64,000 nucleotides of DNA from Bacilli bacterium (GTDB lineage Bacteria > Bacillota_I > Bacilli_A > ML615J-28 > CAG-698): the NCBI GenBank assembly GCA_050953065.1, contig JBMNLZ010000002.1, positions 512,001 through 576,000 on the forward strand, given 5' to 3'. Of this stretch, positions 23,834 through 35,262 are shown piece by piece. The stretch's first letter is position 1, and each line of letters starts with the position of its first letter. The notes beneath the pieces are model-generated. The model made no database searches. It saw nothing but the letters and a program-made list of their open reading frames with translations, and was not told the DNA's origin. The translations under genes were made by a program, and so were the position numbers.

Positions 23834-24893
23834 AAAGATAGTTTTAGAAAATGGAATAGTTTTTGAAGGAATTGGATATGGTGCTGATGCTGAAGTGATT
23901 GGTGAAATATTGATAAATACTTCAATGGTAGGATATCAAGAAGTTTCTGCTGATTCGGTTTATCTAGACAAAATTGTAGTTATGACATATCCTTTAATTG
24001 GAAATTATGGAATCAATTCTGATTATGATAAAACTAAAAAAATGAAGCCTTCAGCGTTAGTTGTTAGGGATTATAATGATAAACCATCTAACTTTAGATC
24101 AATTAAATCTTTAGCAGAACTTGCTGAGGAAAATGGGGCTGTAATTTTATCAGATATAGATACAAGATATTTAACGAATATCTTAAGAAAAGAAGGTTCG
24201 ATGATTGGTATTATTACTGATACTTCTAATTCGTTAGAATATTGTATAGAAAAAATTAAAGCATATAAAGAAAAACCTAAAACAACTTCAAAAGTTAGTG
24301 TTAAGAAGAAATGGGTTTCAAAAACTGAAAATCCGAATTATGATGTTGTTGTAGTGGATTTAGGAACAACTGTTGAGCTAGTTAATGCATTAAATCAAAA
24401 TAGATGTAATGTAACTGTTGTTCCAATTACTGTCAAAGCAGAAGATATAAAAGAATTACATCCAGATGGAGTAATTTTATCAAATGGACCAGGTAATCCT
24501 GAAGATTATACGGAAGTAATAGATTTAGTTAAAAAGATTCAAGGTAAATTACCTTTGAATGGAATTTCTCTTGGAATGCAAATTATAGCTTTAGCAAACA
24601 ACGCTAAAACTAGAAAATTAGAATTAGGACATTTCGGTTGTAATATTCCTGTAAGAGAAATTGAAAGTGGTAAAATAAGAATTACTACACAAAATAGTGC
24701 ATATGAAGTAATTGAGGACTCTTTAGAAAAAACTGATTTTGAAATTGTTTTTAAAAATGTTTTGGATAATACTATTCAAGGTATCAAAGATAATAAAAAG
24801 TTAATTTATGCAATTCAATATTATCCTGATGAATCAACTGATTTTTATGGCATCTTTATTGAAAATATCAAAATACAGAAGCAGGGGGCCTAA
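23820..24893 (+). CDS. carA: Carbamoyl-phosphate synthase small subunit, catalytically degenerate
   Basis: GYQE, TYPLIGNYG and SNGPGNP retained; GISLGMQ (for GICLGHQ) and QYYPD (for QYHPE). Confidence 0.9.
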   Translation: MNYSKKIVLENGIVFEGIGYGADAEVIGEILINTSMVGYQEVSADSVYLDKIVVMTYPLIGNYGINSDYDKTKKMKPSALVVRDYNDKPSNFRSIKSLAELAEENGAVILSDIDTRYLTNILRKEGSMIGIITDTSNSLEYCIEKIKAYKEKPKTTSKVSVKKKWVSKTENPNYDVVVVDLGTTVELVNALNQNRCNVTVVPITVKAEDIKELHPDGVILSNGPGNPEDYTEVIDLVKKIQGKLPLNGISLGMQIIALANNAKTRKLELGHFGCNIPVREIESGKIRITTQNSAYEVIEDSLEKTDFEIVFKNVLDNTIQGIKDNKKLIYAIQYYPDESTDFYGIFIENIKIQKQGA

Positions 24894-24896
24894 ATT

Positions 24897-27800
24897 ATGC
24901 CAAAAAGAACAGATATAAAGAAAATCTTAGTTATAGGATCTGGACCAATTGTAATTGGTCAAGCGGCTGAATTTGACTATGCAGGAACCCAAGCTTGTCT
25001 TGCTTTAAAAGAAGAAGGATATAAAGTAGTTTTGATAAACTCAAATCCAGCTACAATTATGACAGATACAATCATTGCAGATAAAGTATATATGGAACCA
25101 CTTAATTTAGAGTTTGTATCTAGAATTATCAGAATGGAACGCCCTGATGCATTATTACCAACTTTAGGCGGTCAAACTGCTTTAAATTTAGCTGTTCAGT
25201 TATATGAAAAAGGAATTTTAGCTGAATGTAGAGTAGAAGTAATTGGAACTTCAATTGATTCTATTGAGCATGGAGAAGATAGAGATTTATTCAAAAAACT
25301 ATGTGAAAGAATTTCACAACCTGTTTTGGAAAGTTTTATTGCAACAAACAAAAAAGAAGCTATTCAATATGCTAATCAAATAGGTTATCCTATTATTGTT
25401 AGACCTGGATATACTTTAGGAGGAACTGGTGGAGGCTTTGCAGATAACGATGCTCAATTATTATATTTAGTTGATAATGCTTTAAGTTTATCTTCAAATA
25501 ATACTGTTTTGATTGAAAAATCAATTAAGGGTTATAAAGAAATAGAATTTGAATGTATGAGAGATCATAAGGGGACAACTATTACTATTTGTTGTATGGA
25601 AAATATTGATCCAGTAGGTGTACATACTGGAGATTCAATGGTAGTTTGTCCGAGTCAAACTCTTGCAAGCAAAGAATATAATATGTTAAAACAAGCAAGC
25701 ATAAAAATTATTCAAGCTTTAGACATTATAGGTGGTTGTAATATTCAGTTTGCACTAGACCCTAATAGTTTTGATTATTATGTGATTGAGGTTAATCCTC
25801 GAGTTTCAAGATCATCAGCTCTTGCTAGTAAAGCAAGTGGTTATCCAATTGCTAGAGTAAGTTCAAAAATTGCAGTTGGTTTAAATTTAGATGAAATCGA
25901 TCTTTCATGTACAAAAGCATGCTTTGAACCTTCTTTAGATTACATTGTTGTAAAATTGCCAAGATTTCCATTTGATAAGTTTGTAAAAGCTAACAGAAAT
26001 TTATCTACTCAAATGAAAGCAACTGGCGAGGTTATGAGTGTTGGTAGAACATTTGAAGAAGCTTTTTTAAAGGGGATTAGATCTTTAGAGATTGGTGTTA
26101 ATCATATTTATCTTAAAAAGATGGCTGATAAATCAACTGAAGATTTACTTAAAAAAATAGAAAAACCTACTGATGAGGGGATTTTTGTTATTGCTGAGTT
26201 GTTAAGAAGAGATATTTCTGTTAGACAAATAAATTCTGTTACTAAAATAGATGCATATTTTTTAGATAAAATTAAATTAATAATTGATTTTGAAAAAGTA
26301 TTTAAAGCAGATCCTAGTTTAGATAATATTAAAAAGGCTAAACGTATGGGCTTTTCTGATGCATATCTAGCAGAAGTTATGGGAATGGATGAAATTGAAT
26401 TTTTCTTATTAAGAAAAGAAAATAATATTTTTCCAGTTTACCATATGATAGACACTTGCGCAGGTGAGTTTGATAGTTATGTGCCTTATTTATATTCAAC
26501 ATATGAATCATTTAATGAATCAATTGTGACTGAAAAAGAAAAAGTAATAGTTCTAGGGTCTGGTCCTATTAGAATAGGTCAAGGAGTTGAGTTTGACTAT
26601 TCAACAGTGCATGCCATTTGGGGTATTAAAGAAATGGGGTATGAGGCTATTGTAATTAATAATAACCCTGAAACTGTTTCAACGGATTATTTAATTTCTG
26701 ATAAATTATATTTTGAAGCTCTAACAATTGAAGATGTAATGAATATTATTACATTAGAAAAACCAAAAGGAGTGATTGTAGAACTTGGTGGTCAAACTGC
26801 TATTAATTTAGCAGAAAGACTTGATAGATTAAATATTCCAATTATTGGTAGTGATCCTAAAGCAATTGAAAGAGCAGAAAATAGAAAAAGCTTTGAAGCT
26901 TTAGTAAGAGAATTAAAAATTCCTCAACCAAAAGGGAAAACTGTTAATAATATGGCTGATGGAATAAAGACAGCAGAAGAGATAGGTTATCCTGTTTTAG
27001 TTCGTCCATCTTATGTTTTAGGTGGAAGAGCTATGCAAATTGTTTATGAAAATGAAGGATTAGTTAGATATTTAAACGAAGCCTTCTTAGTAGACAGCAA
27101 ACAACCTGTTTTAATTGATAAATATGTAAGTGGAAAAGAAGCTGAAGTAGATGCAGTATGTGATGGGGTTGATGTTTTTATTCCTGGTATAATGGAACAT
27201 ATTGAAAGAACAGGAGTTCATTCAGGAGATTCAATTAGTGTGTATCCACCAGTATCTTTAAGTGATAAAGTAAAAGAAAAGATTTGTGAGTATACAATAA
27301 AATTAGGCCTTGAAATAGGGATTGTTGGTTTGTTTAATATCCAGTTTATTGTTGAAAAGAATGATCAAGTATCTGTAATTGAGGTAAATCCTCGTTCAAG
27401 TAGAACAGTACCTTTTATTTCCAAAGCAACAAAAGTTAATCTTGCCAACATTGCAACAAAAGTTATGCTTGGTAAAAGTTTGAAAGAACAAGGCTTTACA
27501 ACTTGTTTGCTTGAAAAAGAATCAATTTATTATGTAAAAGCTCCGACATTTTCTTATTCTAAAATTGGTGGGTTAGATGCTGTTTTAAGTCCTGAAATGA
27601 AATCAACAGGAGAAGCAATAGGATATGATTCTTCTTTAAATAGGGCATTATATAAAGCATTAAAAGCAAGTAATCAAAAAGTTATTAATTATGGAACAGT
27701 TTTTGTAACGGTATCTGATAAAACAAAAGAAGAAGCATTGCCACTGGTTAGAAGATTTTATGAATTAGGTTTTAATATTGTAGCAACAAGAGGAACGGGT

Positions 27801-28067
27801 ATGTTTTTAAAAGAACATGGTATTAAAACTAGAGTTATGAAAAAAATTAGTGAGAATTCTGAAGAAATATTAGAAGAAATTAGAAAAGGATATATTTCTT
27901 ATATTATAAATACAGTAAGCAGTTATGATGACAGTGGTACTAGGGATGGGGCTATTATTAGAAAAGTTGCAGTTGAAAATAATATTACACCATTTACATC
28001 TCTTGATACTGTAAGAGTTTTATTAGATGTCCTTGATGAAATTACTATGAAGGTGAGAACAATTTAG
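24897..28067 (+). CDS. carB: Carbamoyl-phosphate synthase large subunit
   Basis: MPKRTDI, IGSGPIVIGQAAEFDY, two ATP-grasp halves with EVNPR. Confidence 0.97.
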   Translation: MPKRTDIKKILVIGSGPIVIGQAAEFDYAGTQACLALKEEGYKVVLINSNPATIMTDTIIADKVYMEPLNLEFVSRIIRMERPDALLPTLGGQTALNLAVQLYEKGILAECRVEVIGTSIDSIEHGEDRDLFKKLCERISQPVLESFIATNKKEAIQYANQIGYPIIVRPGYTLGGTGGGFADNDAQLLYLVDNALSLSSNNTVLIEKSIKGYKEIEFECMRDHKGTTITICCMENIDPVGVHTGDSMVVCPSQTLASKEYNMLKQASIKIIQALDIIGGCNIQFALDPNSFDYYVIEVNPRVSRSSALASKASGYPIARVSSKIAVGLNLDEIDLSCTKACFEPSLDYIVVKLPRFPFDKFVKANRNLSTQMKATGEVMSVGRTFEEAFLKGIRSLEIGVNHIYLKKMADKSTEDLLKKIEKPTDEGIFVIAELLRRDISVRQINSVTKIDAYFLDKIKLIIDFEKVFKADPSLDNIKKAKRMGFSDAYLAEVMGMDEIEFFLLRKENNIFPVYHMIDTCAGEFDSYVPYLYSTYESFNESIVTEKEKVIVLGSGPIRIGQGVEFDYSTVHAIWGIKEMGYEAIVINNNPETVSTDYLISDKLYFEALTIEDVMNIITLEKPKGVIVELGGQTAINLAERLDRLNIPIIGSDPKAIERAENRKSFEALVRELKIPQPKGKTVNNMADGIKTAEEIGYPVLVRPSYVLGGRAMQIVYENEGLVRYLNEAFLVDSKQPVLIDKYVSGKEAEVDAVCDGVDVFIPGIMEHIERTGVHSGDSISVYPPVSLSDKVKEKICEYTIKLGLEIGIVGLFNIQFIVEKNDQVSVIEVNPRSSRTVPFISKATKVNLANIATKVMLGKSLKEQGFTTCLLEKESIYYVKAPTFSYSKIGGLDAVLSPEMKSTGEAIGYDSSLNRALYKALKASNQKVINYGTVFVTVSDKTKEEALPLVRRFYELGFNIVATRGTGMFLKEHGIKTRVMKKISENSEEILEEIRKGYISYIINTVSSYDDSGTRDGAIIRKVAVENNITPFTSLDTVRVLLDVLDEITMKVRTI

Positions 28068-29715
<1,648 letters not shown>

Positions 29716-29716
29716 T

Positions 29717-30400
29717 ATGGTAATTATTGCATTAGATTTTGAAAATAGAGAAAAAACTTTTGAGTTTTTAAAGAAGTTTAATGAACAGTTATATGTAAAG
29801 GTTGGGATGGAATTGTTTTATGCAGAAGGTCCATCTATTATAAAAGATATAAAAGCCTTAGGTCATAAGATTTTTCTTGATTTAAAATGTCATGATATTC
29901 CTAATACTGTAAAAAAAGCAATGGGAAGTCTTGCAAAACTAGATGTTGATATAATTAACATTCATGCAGCTGGTGGAATTAAAATGATGAGCGAAGCTTT
30001 AGATGGTTTAAGAGAAAATGGTTCAAAAGCCTTATTAATTGGAGTTACTCAATTAACTTCAACTGATAAAGAAACAATGAATAATGAAATTATGATTCCA
30101 GGTGAAGTAATTGAAGCAGTTAAGAAGTATGCTTTAAATGCAAAAAAAGCTGGTTTAAATGGTGTGGTTTGTTCACCTTTAGAAGTAGAAGCAATTAAAG
30201 AGGTTTGCGGGAAAAGTTTTATTACTGTAACTCCGGGAATTAGACCAAAAGAAGCATCTATTGATGATCAAAAAAGAATCACAACTCCAAAAGATGCAAA
30301 AAGAATTGGATGTGATTTTATAGTTGTAGGACGTCCAATAACTAAAGCTGATAATCCAGTTGAAGCATATAGAAAAATAAGAGAGGATTTTACAAACTAA
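29717..30400 (+). CDS. pyrF: Orotidine-5'-phosphate decarboxylase
   Basis: [17 protein letters not shown] and TPGIR; start moved to ATG 29717 after AAGGAG. Confidence 0.95.
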   Translation: MVIIALDFENREKTFEFLKKFNEQLYVKVGMELFYAEGPSIIKDIKALGHKIFLDLKCHDIPNTVKKAMGSLAKLDVDIINIHAAGGIKMMSEALDGLRENGSKALLIGVTQLTSTDKETMNNEIMIPGEVIEAVKKYALNAKKAGLNGVVCSPLEVEAIKEVCGKSFITVTPGIRPKEASIDDQKRITTPKDAKRIGCDFIVVGRPITKADNPVEAYRKIREDFTN

Positions 30401-31026
30401 TGAAAGAAGTAGCAAAAGCCTTATTAGAAATAAAAGCTGTATTTTTATCACCAGATAAACCATTTACTTGGGCAAGTGGAATTAAATCACCGATTTATTG
30501 TGATAATAGATTAATATTATCATACCCAAAAGTGAGAAAAATGATTGAAAATAAATTTGCTATGATGGTAAAAAATGAATTTCCGGATTGTGAGTTATTA
30601 ATGGGAACTGCAACTGCTGGAATTCCTCATGCAGCATACATTAGTGAAATCTTAAATTTGCCGATGGGCTATGTTAGAAGTAGTAGTAAAGATCATGGAA
30701 GAAATAATCAAATTGAAGGGAAGTATGAAAAAGGCCAAAAGGTTGTAGTTATTGAAGACTTAATTTCAACTGGAAAATCTTCAATTGAAGTTGTTAATTC
30801 ATTAATTGAAGCAGGAGTAGAAGTTTTAGGAATCGCATCAATTTTTACTTATGAATTAGAAAAAGCAAAACAAAACTTTGAAAGCATGAAGATAAAAACT
30901 ATCTCACTTACTAACTATTCAACTTTAATTGAAGTTGCCATTGAAGAAAAATATATTGCTAGTGATTCAATGGATAAATTAATTAAGTGGAAAAAAGATC
31001 CAAGCGATGAAAGTTGGATGCTTTAA
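30400..31026 (+). CDS. pyrE: Orotate phosphoribosyltransferase
   Basis: FTWASGIKSPIYCDNR and VIEDLISTGKS motifs. Confidence 0.95.
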   Translation: MKEVAKALLEIKAVFLSPDKPFTWASGIKSPIYCDNRLILSYPKVRKMIENKFAMMVKNEFPDCELLMGTATAGIPHAAYISEILNLPMGYVRSSSKDHGRNNQIEGKYEKGQKVVVIEDLISTGKSSIEVVNSLIEAGVEVLGIASIFTYELEKAKQNFESMKIKTISLTNYSTLIEVAIEEKYIASDSMDKLIKWKKDPSDESWML

Positions 31027-31039
31027 TACATAAATTGTC

Positions 31040-31069
31040 TTGACAAAACACTTAAAAGTGTAGTATAAT
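31040..31069 (+). promoter_or_regulatory. Consensus sigma-A promoter of the T-box/lyase unit
   Basis: TTGACA-18 nt-TATAAT. Confidence 0.85.
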
Positions 31070-31091
31070 CTTTTATAGATTGATTAATATA

Positions 31092-31301
31092 GGCGTAGAA
31101 GAAATCGGAGTAGTTTTTAATAACTTACTAATAGAGAGTGTTTGGTTGGTGGAAAAACATGGAGTTTTAAAGACGAATTACAATTTTGGAGCTTATCGTA
31201 TGCTTTGCGTTAAAAAGTATAAAGAGCATCTGTTAAAGATGAAGTAAAGGTGGTACCGCGGAAAAGTTTTCGTCCTTGAATTAATTCAAGGACCTTTTTT
31301 T
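31092..31301 (+). ncRNA. T-box riboswitch, Tyr specifier (UAC)
   Basis: AGTA loop-E, AGAGA and GGTGGAA apical motifs; GAA-T-TAC-A specifier loop (TAC 31179-81); T-box AAGGTGGTACCGCG (31247-60) with CGTCCTT partner; terminator GTCCTTGAAT-TA-ATTCAAGGAC followed by a T run. Confidence 0.9.
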
Positions 31302-31333
31302 ATAAAAATAAATTAATAGGAGAAGTAAAAAAA

Positions 31334-32779
31334 ATGAAAATTAAAATGTTTAACGGTGAAAATTTACCTTTAGAAATGCATAAGGTAAAAATTGTTCAAA
31401 AATTAAATTTAATCCCAATCGATCAAAGAAAAAAGGCAATTGAAGAAGCAGGCTTTAACACATTCTTACTTAAAAATAGAGATGTATTTTTAGACATGCT
31501 TACAGATAGTGGTGTTAATGCAATGAGCGATAATCAATTAGCAGCTATGATGGTAGCAGATGATGCTTATGCAGGGAGTGAAACATATTATAGATTTGAA
31601 GAAAAATTAAGAGAAATTATAACTTTGCCTTATATTTTACCAGCTCATCAAGGAAGAGCTTGTGAGAATATTATTAGTCATGCATATGTAAAAAAAGGTG
31701 ATATTGTACCGATGAACTTTCATTTTACTACTACAAAATCTCATATTACTCTTAATGGTGGAACAGTTATTGAGTTATTAATTGATGAAGGATTAAATGT
31801 GAATAGTAATTATCCTTTTAAAGGGAATATGGATTTAGTAAAATTAGAAAACTTCTTTAAAACAAATGGAACTGAAAATGTACCGTTTGTAAGAATAGAA
31901 GCTGGAACGAACCTAATTGGTGGTCAACCAATTTCACTAGAAAACTTCAAAGCAACTACTGCTTTATGTAAAAAATATAAAGTTAGAACAGTATTAGATG
32001 CAAGCCTACTTCAAGATAACTTATATTTTATTAAAACAAGAGAAGAGGCTGCTAAAAACAAATCAATTAGAGAGTTAACAAAAGAAATTTGTTCTGAATT
32101 TGATATTGTATATTTTTCTGCAAGAAAATTTGGTTTTGCAAGGGGTGGAGCAATCTGCATTAAAGATGAAAAAGAATGTTTGAAAATGAAAGCGCTAGTC
32201 CCTCTTTATGAAGGTTTCTTAACTTATGGTGGAATGAGTGTCAAAGAAATTGAAGCTATTACTGTAGGACTTGAAGAAACTATGGATGAAGATATTATCT
32301 CTCAAGGACCTTTATTTATAGAATATATGGTTAAGGAATTAGAAAAAGCAGGTGTACCTGTTGTTACTCCAGCAGGAGGGCTTGGATGTCATTTAAATGC
32401 TAAGGCCTTTGTTTCTCATTTATCTTCTAAAGATTATCCAGCAGGGGCTTTAAACGCGGCTTTATATCTAATAAGTGGTGTTAGAGGTATGGAAAGAGGA
32501 ACACTTTCAGAACAAAGAAATCCTGATGGAACTGAAGTTTATGCAGAAATGGAACTTGTGAGACTTGCTGTACCTAGAAGAGTCTTTACTTTATCTCAAA
32601 TTAAATATGCTATAGATAGAATTGTTTGGCTTCATAAAAATAAAGATTTAATTGGTGGATTAGAATTTTATGATGAGCCTGAAATTTTAAGATTCTTCTT
32701 TGGTAGATTAAGACCAGTAAATAATTGGCCTGAAAAATTAGTAAAGAAATTTAAAGAAGATTTTAAAGATAGTTTATAA
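31334..32779 (+). CDS. PLP-dependent beta-eliminating lyase, tyrosine phenol-lyase-like (TPL/tryptophanase family)
   Basis: DMLTDSG, DAYAGS, HQGRA, PFKGNMD, SARK (PLP Lys), YEGFLTYGG and RLAVPRRV; specificity positions FTTT, MERG and LRFF are TPL-type. Confidence 0.85.
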   Translation: MKIKMFNGENLPLEMHKVKIVQKLNLIPIDQRKKAIEEAGFNTFLLKNRDVFLDMLTDSGVNAMSDNQLAAMMVADDAYAGSETYYRFEEKLREIITLPYILPAHQGRACENIISHAYVKKGDIVPMNFHFTTTKSHITLNGGTVIELLIDEGLNVNSNYPFKGNMDLVKLENFFKTNGTENVPFVRIEAGTNLIGGQPISLENFKATTALCKKYKVRTVLDASLLQDNLYFIKTREEAAKNKSIRELTKEICSEFDIVYFSARKFGFARGGAICIKDEKECLKMKALVPLYEGFLTYGGMSVKEIEAITVGLEETMDEDIISQGPLFIEYMVKELEKAGVPVVTPAGGLGCHLNAKAFVSHLSSKDYPAGALNAALYLISGVRGMERGTLSEQRNPDGTEVYAEMELVRLAVPRRVFTLSQIKYAIDRIVWLHKNKDLIGGLEFYDEPEILRFFFGRLRPVNNWPEKLVKKFKEDFKDSL

Positions 32780-32789
32780 TATAACAGTA

Positions 32790-32822
32790 AAAAGTCTTAA
32801 TATTTTATTAAGACTTTTATTA
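32790..32822 (+). terminator. Terminator after the lyase
   Basis: AAAAGTCTTAATA-TTT-TATTAAGACTTTT inverted repeat. Confidence 0.75.
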
Positions 32823-32878
32823 TTTATTAAAGAATTATTAAAAATAAAATAATAAAATTGTTTTCATTATAAAAACAC

Positions 32879-32907
32879 TTGTATTTAAAATAAAAACAAT
32901 GTATAAT
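32879..32907 (+). promoter_or_regulatory. Promoter of the thr operon
   Basis: TTGTAT-17 nt-TATAAT. Confidence 0.6.
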
Positions 32908-32935
32908 ATATAAAAAGTATAAAAAAGGAATAATT

Positions 32936-34393
32936 ATGTTTACAAGTACAAGAAAGAAAATTAACGTTTCTAGTTCAAAAGCTATTATAGATGGAATTTC
33001 AAAAGATGGTGGCTTATATATTGTTGATAGAATTCCGAAAGTAAAGATTGAAGAATTAGTTAATCTAAATTATAAAACTCTAGCTGTTAAAATTTTGAGT
33101 TTATATTTAAAGGATTTTAGTATTGAAAGTCTTGAAAAAATAGTTAGTGAGGCTTATGCTAAATTTGATATAGAAGAAGTAGTTAACTTAAAAGAGTTTG
33201 GTAATTTTTCATTTTTAGAACTTTATCATGGCCCAACTCTTGCTTTTAAAGATTTAGCATTAACTGTTTTACCGCTTTTAATGAATGAAGCAAAAAAAAT
33301 TAATAATGATAAATCAAAAACTATTATTCTAACTGCTACATCTGGAGATACTGGTAGTGCTGCTTTAAGTGGTTTTAGTACAGTTGATAATAGTGGAATT
33401 ATTGTAATTTATCCTAATAAGGGAATTAGTCAAATTCAAGAAAAACAAATTCTTTCATTTACTAATAATCAAGCTAAAGCATTTGCTTTAGAAGGTAATT
33501 TTGATGATGCACAAAACTTAGTAAAGAAAATTTTTGGTGGAAGTGAGTTCTTAGCAGCTCTAAAAAATAAAAATGTTTCAAGTGCAAATTCAATTAATAT
33601 AGGACGTCTTATTCCTCAAATTGTTTATTATTTTTATAGTTATATTAAATTAGTAAAAAACAAAAGTGTTAAACTACATGATAAAATTAATTTTTGTGTA
33701 CCTACAGGAAATTTTGGAAATATTTTAGCGGGTTATTTTGCTAGTTGTATGGGGTTACCTGTAAAGAGGTTAATTTGTGCATCAAATATTAATAATGTTT
33801 TACATGACTTTTTTGAAACAGGAATTTATGATAAAAATAGAGTTTTAGAATTAACGAATTCTCCTTCAATGGATATCTTAATTTCTTCTAATCTTGAAAG
33901 ACTTTTATATTATATTTCTGGTAAAAAGCCTAACAAAGTTCGTGAATTGATGGATAAATTATCTACTGTTGGAAGATATCAAATTTCTTCTTCAATGAAA
34001 AGAAGAATGAAAATCTTCGAAAGAGGTTATGCTGATGATAAAGAAACTTTAGAAAATATAAAGGAAGTTTTTGAAAAGCATCAATATTTGATTGATACAC
34101 ATACAGCGGTAGGATATAAGGTTTATAAAGATTATCAGTATAGGACTAATGATAATACAAAAACAGTAATTTTATCAACTGCAAGTGGCTTTAAGTTCCA
34201 AGATGCTGTAATTGAAGCTTTAGGCATAAAGAAAGGGAATTCTTTAGTTGAATCTTTAAAATCAATTAGTGATTATACAAAGATAAAAATACCTTCTTCA
34301 CTGGAAAAAATTGCTAATAAAGAATTTATAAAAAATGAAATTTCTAGTAAGGAAGCAATTGATAAAATTAAAAAAACTATAGGTGATTTATAA
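32936..34393 (+). CDS. thrC: Threonine synthase
   Basis: ELYHGPTLAFKD, ATSGDTG, NSINIGRL and VPTGNFGN motifs. Confidence 0.95.
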   Translation: MFTSTRKKINVSSSKAIIDGISKDGGLYIVDRIPKVKIEELVNLNYKTLAVKILSLYLKDFSIESLEKIVSEAYAKFDIEEVVNLKEFGNFSFLELYHGPTLAFKDLALTVLPLLMNEAKKINNDKSKTIILTATSGDTGSAALSGFSTVDNSGIIVIYPNKGISQIQEKQILSFTNNQAKAFALEGNFDDAQNLVKKIFGGSEFLAALKNKNVSSANSINIGRLIPQIVYYFYSYIKLVKNKSVKLHDKINFCVPTGNFGNILAGYFASCMGLPVKRLICASNINNVLHDFFETGIYDKNRVLELTNSPSMDILISSNLERLLYYISGKKPNKVRELMDKLSTVGRYQISSSMKRRMKIFERGYADDKETLENIKEVFEKHQYLIDTHTAVGYKVYKDYQYRTNDNTKTVILSTASGFKFQDAVIEALGIKKGNSLVESLKSISDYTKIKIPSSLEKIANKEFIKNEISSKEAIDKIKKTIGDL

Positions 34394-35262
34394 TGATTAA
34401 AATTTTAGTGCCAGCTACATCAGCAAACATTGGACCTGGTTTTGACTCTATGGGGATGGCTTTAGAACTTTATAATGAATTTACTTTTGAAAAAAGTAAT
34501 TCTTGGGAATTCATTGATTTTGATTCTAAATATGCCTCAATAAATAACAATTTAGTTGCTCAAGTGATGATTAAGACTTTTGAAATTTTAAATGTAAAAG
34601 AATATTCTTTTAAAATTAAAATAAAAAGTGATATTCCTGATTCAAGAGGACTTGGTAGTAGTGCTACATGTATTATTGCAGGAATCTTAGCAGCTGATTA
34701 TTATGCTAATAGTAAATTAAGTAAGAGTCAGATCTTAGAGATTGCATATCTTTTTGAAAACCATCCTGATAATATTACTCCAGCTTTAGTTGGCGGACTG
34801 GTAACAGCAACTAAACTAGAGAAGGAAATTTTTTATAAGAAATATGAAATAGGAGATGAGTTAAAATACACTTTAATTATTCCTAATTTTGAGATATCAA
34901 CTGAAGCAAGCCGTAAGGCTTTACCTAAAGAATATAAAACTTCTGATGTTGTGTTTAATGCATCTAGAATTGTAAATCTACCACATATCTTACAAAGTGG
35001 AAACATTGATGTTTTGAAAGAGTTAACTTTAGATAAAATTCATGAACCTTATCGCTTACCATTAATTGAAAAAGCAGTTGAGATTAAAAAGTTAGCTTAT
35101 GAAAATAATGCATCTTGTACACTTAGTGGGTCTGGGTCTACTTTATTAATTATTAGTAAAACATTAGATGTTATTGAAAAACTAAAGAAAAATATTGATA
35201 GCAGTTGGAAGGTTAAAACCCTAAAAATTGATAATATAGGAGCAAGAGTGATTGAAATATGA
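34393..35262 (+). CDS. thrB: Homoserine kinase
   Basis: VPATSANIGPGFD, PDSRGLGSSA and HPDN motifs. Confidence 0.95.
   Translation: MIKILVPATSANIGPGFDSMGMALELYNEFTFEKSNSWEFIDFDSKYASINNNLVAQVMIKTFEILNVKEYSFKIKIKSDIPDSRGLGSSATCIIAGILAADYYANSKLSKSQILEIAYLFENHPDNITPALVGGLVTATKLEKEIFYKKYEIGDELKYTLIIPNFEISTEASRKALPKEYKTSDVVFNASRIVNLPHILQSGNIDVLKELTLDKIHEPYRLPLIEKAVEIKKLAYENNASCTLSGSGSTLLIISKTLDVIEKLKKNIDSSWKVKTLKIDNIGARVIEI

Noticed and set aside
31334-32779. Tryptophanase (tnaA) call
   Set aside because: Specificity positions are TPL-type and the T-box specifier is Tyr, not Trp; no TnaC-like leader.
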